A stretch of 13,269 nucleotides of DNA from assembly GCA_000004985.1 (NCBI GenBank), contig GG738997.1; one strand, 5' to 3'. Below, one piece after another: positions 1 through 7,748 of the stretch. The DNA is from Naegleria gruberi. Taxonomy: Eukaryota. A program made the position numbers and the translations under genes. Every line of letters begins with the position of its first letter. The first letter of the stretch is position 1. Below the pieces are notes generated by a model that made no database searches, was not told the DNA's origin, and was given only the letters and a program-made list of their open reading frames with translations.

Positions 1-575
1 TCTTTTTCAATATTAAGTGATATCAACTGTTTCATTTCACTTATGAATTTGGCTCCTTCTACACCAATTCGATTGTAAGAAATATCAAGTGATTTTAATT
101 GTTTCACTTCACTTATGAATTTGACTCCTTCTATACCAATTCGATTGCCACAAATATTAAGTGATGTTAATTGTCTCATTTCACTTATGAATTTGACTCC
201 TTCAACATCAACTTGAGTGTAAGAAATATCAAGTGATGTTAATTGTTTCATTTCACTTATATATTTGGCTCCTTCATCAATTTCATTTTTACCAATATTG
301 AGTGATATCAACTGTTTCATTTCACTTAGATATTTGGCTCCTTCATCACCAATTAGATTGGCAGAAATATCAAGTGACGTTAATTGTTTCATTTCACTTA
401 GATATTTGGCTCCTTCATCACCAATTTGATTGGCAGAAATATCAAGTGACGTTAATTGTTTCATTTCACTTATGAATTTGGCTTCTTCATCACCAATTCC
501 ATTGCCAGAAATATTAAGTGATATCAATTGTTTCATTTCACTAATGAATTTGGCTTCTTCAAAAGAATCAAGCAA
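1..575 (-). repeat. 72-bp (24-codon) tandem coding repeat array, about 8 units, within the LRR gene. Adjacent units are near-identical at nucleotide level.
   Basis: The segment cacttatgaatttg recurs at period 72 (for example 38 and 110). Units near 291-362 and 363-434 differ by only a few bases. Confidence 0.85.
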
Positions 576-926
576 CCAATCAGAATATGTAACATTAACA
601 ATACAATTCATAAATTGACTTTTCAAAAATAATTGAACTCGTTTCTTTGTAAATTTTTTTTTAAATTGAATAGCAAGTTTTGAACGTTCCTTGATCACAT
701 TAAAGAATTGTTTTGAAATTAAAGTACAATTATTTAAAATAAACCATGAATCATCAATCATGGAAATTATTTCAAAACAAATGTCATCTGAAAATATTTC
801 TTGTTCCAGTTTTACAACCTTTTTTGATTTCTCTTCCATATTATTATTATTAAAATTGTTAGTGAATATTTCCTCCGAATTAATGAATTGATGATTTTCA
901 AAATCTTGTCTGTTTCGTTTGCTCAT
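1..926 (-). CDS. F-box-like / RNI-type leucine-rich repeat protein. ATG at 926..924 (minus); the C-terminus runs off the left edge of the window. N-terminal F-box-like segment (FSDDICFEIISMIDDSWFILNNCTLISKQFF) is followed by at least 8 tandem 24-aa repeats of the form GAKYISEMKQLTSLDISANQIGDEG.
   Basis: Hand translation of the reverse complement gives one uninterrupted frame from the ATG at 926 down to position 1. An in-frame TAA lies 5 codons upstream of the ATG. The repeats have the 24-residue ribonuclease-inhibitor-like LRR pattern (LxxLxLxxNxIGxEGAKxL). Plus-strand ORFs 430..618 and 691..891 are antisense artefacts of this gene. Confidence 0.8.
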   Translation of the reverse strand, partial: MSKRNRQDFENHQFINSEEIFTNNFNNNNMEEKSKKVVKLEQEIFSDDICFEIISMIDDSWFILNNCTLISKQFFNVIKERSKLAIQFKKKFTKKRVQLFLKSQFMNCIVNVTYSDWLLDSFEEAKFISEMKQLISLNISGNGIGDEEAKFISEMKQLTSLDISANQIGDEGAKYLSEMKQLTSLDISANLIGDEGAKYLSEMKQLISLNIGKNEIDEGAKYISEMKQLTSLDISYTQVDVEGVKFISEMRQLTSLNICGNRIGIEGVKFISEVKQLKSLDISYNRIGVEGAKFISEMKQLISLNIEK

Positions 927-1725
927 TTTTTTAATAAAATTTTAATAATATTTAATTTTTTTAGAATATGGTGTGATTGATCACTTGTAAGTATTGACTT
1001 CACAATCCTTCATAGATTCGAGAAATTATTTGGTGAGATGGTATGCAACCAAAGGAGAAGTTTATTGTTGTGGAACCATCTCATTAAGGCAACAATTCCT
1101 ATTGGAAATTTCCATTATATTAGAATTCACTTGGAGAATTATACAACAATTCAAAGAAAGTTTGTAAAGAAACAGCTCCCTTCTTTGGTTATTTGGCAGA
1201 TTTTGAAAATTTATTCAAATAAATGATTTACGCAATTGATCTTTTCAAGTTTACAAAGCTCCCACTACTTACTGCATCTCATTGATTCATTGAGAAACTG
1301 CCCTTTGGATCTTTGAGAAAAGGGTTTGCTATTCAGATAAGGTGGAGCCGTATCCAAACAATTTTCCAACTGTACTGTACTGTACACTTACTGGATGGAT
1401 AAAGAGCAGGTGCAGTGGAAAATGTGAGAAGGTTTAATAATATTGGATGATGCATTTTTCCTCAATGTTTTTTTCTCTTTCTCACAAATAAAATCAACCA
1501 GAAGTTAGACTTTGTATTGCAAGGAAGTTGAGGAGAAATGGAGTAATATATGGCATTACCCACTTGTGTTGTCCCATTGAGCCTTGTCCAGTTTACCGAA
1601 TAAACGTGATTTTCCGCTTTTCGATTTCTTTTCGGTTGCGTTTTGTTAATAAAATTTTTGTTTTTATTTGAAAAGAACATTTGGTGGTTGTTTGCGGACA
1701 GGTTGAAAGCCGAGTGACAAGTTTG

Positions 1726-2370
1726 TCAACTTAGAGCAAATACGAACAATTCGTTGGTGCTTTTTAAGGTCTTGTTGTAGGATGCATCAAACGAAGAGAG
1801 AGATTGTCCTTTTTTCGCTTTCACTGGCGAAATTACGTGTTTTGCTTTTTTGTACGCTTTATCACCTAACACTCTTTCGTCTGGACCAATGTTCGGTTCT
1901 TTTTCTTGCAACCATTCATCCCACATCTTTTTGTCATGCATCGCACCAGGATACGCATTTGAAACATCAAGAATTTTCGCTGTTGTCAAACTCACTAACA
2001 TTTGATACTTCAATACATGCATTCGCTTTTTATACGAATAATACAATTTCTGTTTGGCCCATAGTTTTTGCTTTTCGATTCTGCTTAATCCGGATTTCTT
2101 TCTACCAGACGGATTTTCAATCCTACATTCTGTACCATCAACAACAGCTTTAATCCTTCTGAACATACCAGTAGCTGTGTTATTAATATCTTTTCTATCA
2201 TCAATATTTAGTGGTGGTAGATTGTTATCTAATACTTTTTGTCCTTTTTCAATGTTTGTGAAATATGATGAACGTGAAACATTCCAGTAAACAGGATGAA
2301 CAAGTGAATTCGGATAAAGTGTTAAATATTCCATCAATATTAAAAACCATTTTTCACTCAATTCGGCCAA
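1726..2370 (-). mobile_element. PIF/Harbinger-superfamily DDE transposase ORF (DDE_Tnp_4 domain), N-terminally truncated or degenerate. No HTH-encoding region is found upstream.
   Basis: Translated motifs: AVVDGTECRIENP (first catalytic D region, compare IDGTHIPI), YSYKKRMHVLKYQMLVSLTTAKILDVSNAYPGAMHDKKMW (compare KHSLNVQ..D..AGWPGSVHD), and RVLGDKAYKKAKHVISP (compare LLGDSAYP). The frame opens directly after a TGA at 2389-2391. Only about 75 aa precede the first D, whereas complete Harbinger transposases have about 140. The reported start is an alternative TTG; the first ATG is internal. Confidence 0.65.
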
Positions 2371-2394
2371 CTTTATGGTTATTCTAATTCACAA

Positions 2395-3116
2395 GTGAGA
2401 AGAGCATATTATTCGATTTTCGGTAAACAAAAAACAAAAAACGAAACCGAAACCGAACCGGAAGATGACGATGTTTCCGAAAATGTTGATGAAGATATGA
2501 TAGAAAGACAAGAATTTACTGATAGAATGGACAGTTATCTTGCTGAATCTGAGCAAAAAACTGAGAAGAAGAGAAAGAGACAACTTGAGAAGGAGCCAAC
2601 TTATGATGATGAGATGATGAATGTGATTACGAACAATCAGATGAAGATTACGAATATTCGGATGAAGATATTTTACCGGCAACTCCGTCGAAAGTAACAA
2701 AGGTAGTGAGCATTAATGACAAATCAACAAGTTTATTCCGTCCTTTTAGATTCGAATCAGAGACTCATCGCTTCATCATTTATAGATTTCCCACATGGAC
2801 TGATTTTAAATTTTCACATGTGGAGATGTCAAAAGAAAAGATGATAGTTATTCATGTGAAGATTAATGCTAAACTTTCCGAAAGTTGTGTAGTAGAATCT
2901 TTCGCTCCATTTGCGAAAAATTTAAAAGCGAACACTGACAGAAAGGATGAACAGTTCACCATCAAAGAACCGGTTCCGAAAGATGTTGATGTTAAAACTG
3001 TAAAGTGTGGTCCTTTGAATTTGAAAGGCCTTAGTAGTACCGTTTCAGTTTTACCTAGTTGTAATAAACATCGGAAATCTATTTATGAATTTACACAAAA
3101 AACTCGAGGAAGTTAA
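2395..3116 (+). other. Two adjacent ORFs of uncertain reality: an acidic 100-aa ORF at 2395..2697 and a 136-aa ORF at 2706..3116 (first in-frame ATG near 2824). They may be TE-associated or decayed coding sequence next to the Harbinger remnant.
   Basis: The ORF track only. No in-frame ATG near the start of either ORF. No recognisable domain and no Myb/SANT W-spacing. Confidence 0.15.
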
Positions 3117-3122
3117 ATGATC

Positions 3123-3126
<4 letters not shown>

Positions 3127-3164
<38 letters not shown>
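3127..3164. repeat. (AT)19 microsatellite in the spacer between the 2395..3116 ORFs and the 3' end of the minus-strand gene
   Basis: Direct reading of the sequence. Confidence 0.95.
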
Positions 3165-3167
<3 letters not shown>

Positions 3168-3178
3168 TATTTTCAACA

Positions 3179-4176
3179 TCAATTTGTTCCAGTTAATTTT
3201 AAATCCATAGCTCTAAGAACCTCGTTAAAACCATTTGTCTTTTTCTTGTTGTTAAAGTTTTTCCTTGCTTTGATGAAGGATCTGTTAAACTCCAAAACAG
3301 TATCATCTAAAAACAATTTTTCCTCTTTGTTCACATCTAATTCAACTAAAGTATCCTTCAGCTTGTATTGTTTTCTAGTAATTGTTACATCTTGTACCTT
3401 GAAAATATCATTGTTCAATTCGTCAATAATCAATTTCAATTCATTTCTACAGGCAATAACTTCTGATGAATTGACAGATAATCCATCATAACCATGAATG
3501 CATTTTCCCTTGTAAACTTCATTCAATTCTAACGTCTTGTTTAGCATTACAAATTTCTTATTTTTGTAATCTAAAATCTTATCTTCAGTATAATTTTTGG
3601 AATTCGCAGCCATAACCCCAAATGCAATTTCTCCAATTTCTTCGGAGAACATAGTAAAATTTTCCGTAAAAAAGTCATGAAACGTTTTGGACTTCTTCTT
3701 CCAAAATTCAAATAACAAAGATTGGAATATTTCTGCATTCCTATACAAGTTATGTTTTCCCAAAATAAATAGGTATGTTAATACATCTCTAGATAATGAA
3801 AATTCATTCCAATTTCCAACTCTCAATGCATAATAATAACTTCTAAGGGCTGGTAAAATTGTCTCAAAAAGAATTGTAAAGTTTTTGGCAGCTATCGTAG
3901 TAGTTCTAACATAACAATCATCAGGTAGAGTGTAGTAAGCAAGAGAAACAACATTAATTATATCAGTTAGTTGTTGTAAACCCATTGATTTTTCAAGATA
4001 GCTGGTCACATTGGGATAAGCAGCTTTCAATAAGCGCAATAAATAGTTTTTTCCAAATAGTCTCCAAGTTACAATTGATCCCATTTTATAAACGTGCCAG
4101 AAACCGTTTACACAGATAAATCTTTGTGAATAGTGTTTAAAATTAGTATAATTATGAGACAGTTGAATAATCTTTA

Positions 4177-4216
<40 letters not shown>

Positions 4217-5124
4217 AAAAAAAAACTTACCTTGTAAACTCTTTGAAAAATGTTTACATCAACCTTAAGCATTATCATTTTGTCTTTTGGATACTTTGAA
4301 TCTAGCATCATCAGAACTTGTAAAAGACCTTCGTTTGAATTTATCACATAGGGATCTAGACTTACAGTACGATACTTTGACATTGAAGTGTAGTCATTTA
4401 CGTGTCCATCTGGGTTTCTAATTGGATTATTAAAAAAACCGTCTTTTGAGGGATGTGACTGAAAAGCCCAACAACTATAAACATTCTCATCATCAAAAGG
4501 GTCAATACTTGTTATTGTGTTAAAAACAGATTCATAACAGAATCCGTCGTCCATATTAAATATTACATTATCAAATACTGTGAACTTTTGTAATACAAGT
4601 TTTTGTTTTTTAAATGTGAAACCAGTTGCTGTATAATGTTGATTTGTAAAAACAGCTCGTACAACCTTCATCCTTTTATAGGAAAATATTAAATCAAAGT
4701 TATCTACATGAAACACAACAAGTATATCATCATCTTCAATAATAATTTTAGTTTTTTCCTTTTCTACTCCATAAACTCTATCAAAGTGTCTGTAGAATGT
4801 TGTTTTAAATAATCTATTTTGTGTAAAACTTTTGATAATTCATTACTTACCCCATATCACAAGAGCTTAATAAATACTCGGCAAAACTGTTTGAACAGTT
4901 ATTACGAATAAACATGGCATGAAGAAATCTTTGTTTGTTGTTGTTTCTTTTATGATACTTTAAAAGTGTTAAAACATGAATATGAAACTTCTGCTTATAA
5001 TTCCACAATTCTTCTGAAGTAATATCATTATTGAAAATTAGTAAATTTTCTCTAGAAAATTAACAATTAGACTGGTAAATGTGTGAACAACATACCGTTC
5101 CTTAATAACAAATGATTCAAACAT
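3179..5124 (-). CDS. Four-exon gene on the minus strand encoding a 601-aa protein of unknown function. CDS join(5124..5096, 5051..4851, 4813..4231, 4171..3179), with introns 5095..5052 (44 nt), 4850..4814 (37 nt) and 4230..4172 (59 nt, containing (TA)16).
   Basis: The ATG at 5124..5122 is followed by a gtatgt donor. The phases at all three junctions are consistent: CG|A gives R, GG|A gives G, and a phase-0 join gives K|I. The total CDS is 1806 nt, which is 602 codons. In-frame stops in the introns force splicing. Polypeptide begins MFESFVIKERENLLIFNNDITSEELWNYKQKF and ends KLTGTN. I recognise no conserved domain. Confidence 0.7.
4181..4212. repeat. (TA)16 microsatellite inside intron 3 of the minus-strand gene
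   Basis: Direct reading. Confidence 0.95.
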
Positions 5125-5151
5125 CTCGGAGTTTCCTTTGAACACTAAGAA

Positions 5152-5186
<35 letters not shown>

Positions 5187-5347
5187 TACTTCAACAACAT
5201 ACATAAAGATGGGTATTCTTGGTTGAAAATTGATGAGGTTGTACTAGGGTGAATGACATTGTACCCTTTCAATTTGAAAAATGCGTCGTACAACCAAAAC
5301 TGCTCAATTTTCATGTATTTGTTTTGTTGTTGAAAATTTAAAAAAAA
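5125..5347. promoter_or_regulatory. Bidirectional promoter region shared by the divergent genes (minus ATG at 5124, plus ATG at 5348). It contains (AT)14 at 5155-5182 and three GTAC-core motifs, including the 8-bp inverted pair GGTTGTAC (5237-5244) / GTACAACC (5288-5295).
   Basis: The geometry of the two reconstructed genes. The inverted repeat was read directly from the sequence. Confidence 0.4.
5155..5182. repeat. (AT)14 microsatellite in the divergent promoter
   Basis: Direct reading. Confidence 0.95.
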
Positions 5348-5823
5348 ATGCCAAAATCACCTTCAGCAAAAACAAACAAACCAACAAGCCCAAATCTTAC
5401 AAAACCACAACCTCCATTCAAGAGACAAGCAATTCCGTTGCCGGAAAACATTGAACTTTTAAGTTGGAAGAGAGGAATTAATTCAAACAATTATATTTCT
5501 AACGGTGATAATTTTTGGTCTTTCCGTTTTGAAGATGGTTTGTTAACATTAACAAACTATCCGATGAGAACTGATGATGACGACCATCAAGTGGTTGATA
5601 TTTCCGGTGGCAGTAAAGTCGTAGGTAAATTGATGACTGTTGCCCATGTTGCTACTGATCCTAAAAGTGTCAATCAGGTTATTGGAGTAACTGTATTGAC
5701 AAATAGTGGTGTTAAAAACTTGGTTTTGCGCTTTGGTGATCTTCTAACAAGTGAGTTTACAAAGGAGAGCGGATTTGACCGCTCCCACTGTAAGAGGGTT
5801 GATATTTTTGTAAGTAAGTATCG

Positions 5824-5858
<35 letters not shown>

Positions 5859-6494
5859 ATATATCTAGAACATTGGAATAGTTATTTAACAGAACAAATG
5901 CAAAATGAGGGTGATGACGAAGCATCTAAAGATAAGACAACCCCAAGCAGGGATAAAAAGTCAAATCCATCAATTTTTGATGATGAAGATGAGAATGAGG
6001 ATGATGGTGTTAGTAAACAACTCAACTTTACTCAAGAGGACGTTCAAGATTTTAATTCCTCTAAAGAAACACCATCAGTTTCGAAGCTTAAGATCAAGAA
6101 AAGTAAGTACTAACTTGTTTATGTTTGTGTTAACAATTTGCAGAACCAAGAGCTTCTCTTACTTCCTCTTCTTCCTACGTTGTAAAAGGTTCAATGTCAA
6201 CCTCTAAAATTGCCTCCATCATTGTACCTAAAACAGACACACCTACCAACAAGAAAGATTTAGAGCTTGGTAGGACTGGAGAAATAATCAAACAATTTGG
6301 TTTTCCTGCTAGTGTCTCCATTAAGGTAACAAGAATTAAAGTTCCAGAGTCATCCATAGCTGTTCGTGAAATCAGTTTAGAGCATGTAAAATCAATTGTT
6401 GATGAGATTAGAGGTGGTGGAAAAGCGTTGAGCTCCGAAGTTGGTTTGGTTGAGATGAAAGTCGCTCCAAACAGTTCTGCTTCAGGTATGTAGT

Positions 6495-6537
<43 letters not shown>

Positions 6538-6975
6538 CAGTGACTATCAAAAATCTTGTACAAAAGTTGAAAAGAGAGAATAGGGACGAAGATGCAATAA
6601 TGGAAGAATTGCAAGAATTAATTGAGAACGATGAAGAAAACATCGAACTGTTTGTGCATGGTAGTACTCATTATACCCTTGCATTAACAGCTGCTTTTCA
6701 ACAATTACCTCAGATTGAAAGGACATCTGAAAACACACCTAGACATGACTATGTAAGTTTATTAATAATTTCTTTTCTTATTGTATTAGTATGTTGTATT
6801 CAATATCCCAGATCATGAGTTATTGCAATTAGCAACAATGCACAATACAAACGTCAAACAATTAGCTATGGATTTCCCTTCAATACTTATTAACGTGAGA
6901 AGAACCTTAAAATTCTTTCTAACGAAATATCCTAACTCTGTAATGTACGTTAACTCAGATGGAATAGAAGGTAAG

Positions 6976-7006
<31 letters not shown>

Positions 7007-7710
7007 TTTTTCACAAATAATTTTTTCAGAGAGGAGACTTATTAGATTTGTGGAAGGAGGAGCAAAGCTTTTTAAAAGCGAAATAATTAAGGTATTTGGT
7101 CTCAATGAAAACTCAGCAATACACTATCAGACTCTATCATTTTGGTCTCATAGATGTTGGGATAGGCTTGTTGAAATTGCTAAAACTAAAAAGAAGAATA
7201 GTAATACTCCTTTACTTAAAAGTTTAGCTACTTTTATTACAAAGGTTGGTAGTTGCAAAGGTATTCCTGAAGAAGAGATATATTATTCGCTTGAGCAATT
7301 CTTGAATTTTGGTAACATTCAAAGTATGGTTAATCATATCAATCATACCAAGTGTGTATTATTTGGATTTAGCGAAATTACAAAGTATTTTTCTGAAATA
7401 CCTGATTTAAAAGGAATGGCAAAGAGACTTCCAAACATTTACAAAGCATTAGTTAGTGATTCAATGCACGACTCAGAATTGAAACAAGTAGAAGAAAAAA
7501 CATTGTCATTCACTTCCACCGACTTGTACTTAAATATTAGAAGAGAGTTAAGTGGAAACCCTAAAACTTCTTCGACTACAGATGTATCATTTCCAGTTGT
7601 GACAGAACAGTTGAAAGTAGAACGAAATGGTTATTCGGCAATATTATTATATGGAGATGTTTTGGAGTTAGCAAACATCTTTCCAAAGAAAGTATCGTAT
7701 GGTAAGTTTT

Positions 7711-7748
<38 letters not shown>

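Noticed and set aside
1-575. Regularly spaced 72-bp direct repeats that superficially resemble a CRISPR array
   Set aside because: There are no unique spacers: the whole unit repeats. They translate in a single frame on the minus strand into canonical 24-aa LRR units within a long ORF.
430-891. Plus-strand ORFs 430..618 and 691..891
   Set aside because: They are antisense to the LRR gene. The 62-aa one is a repetitive translation of the repeats in the opposite orientation.
1038-1680. ORFs 1038..1226 (+) and 1462..1680 (-) in the LRR-gene upstream region
   Set aside because: They are short, lack recognisable motifs, and lie in likely promoter or TE-flank sequence.
1782-2290. Plus-strand ORFs 1782..2153 and 2054..2290
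   Set aside because: They are antisense to the Harbinger transposase ORF, with hydrophobic low-complexity translations.
2389-2700. Minus-strand ORF 2389..2700 as the missing N-terminus of the transposase
   Set aside because: It is in a different frame with a low-complexity L/S/F-rich translation. It has no HTH-like pattern.
3117-3491. Plus ORF beginning MIINIYIYIYIYIY
   Set aside because: It is a translation of the (AT)19 tract and the antisense of the real minus-strand exon.
5905-6207. ORF 5905..6207 (+)
   Set aside because: It is an alternative frame overlapping exon 2 and intron 2 of the MTase gene, with an implausible M/R-rich translation. The frame-0 exon splices cleanly instead.
6547-6738. 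Minus ORF 6547..6738
   Set aside because: It is antisense to a well-supported exon 4.
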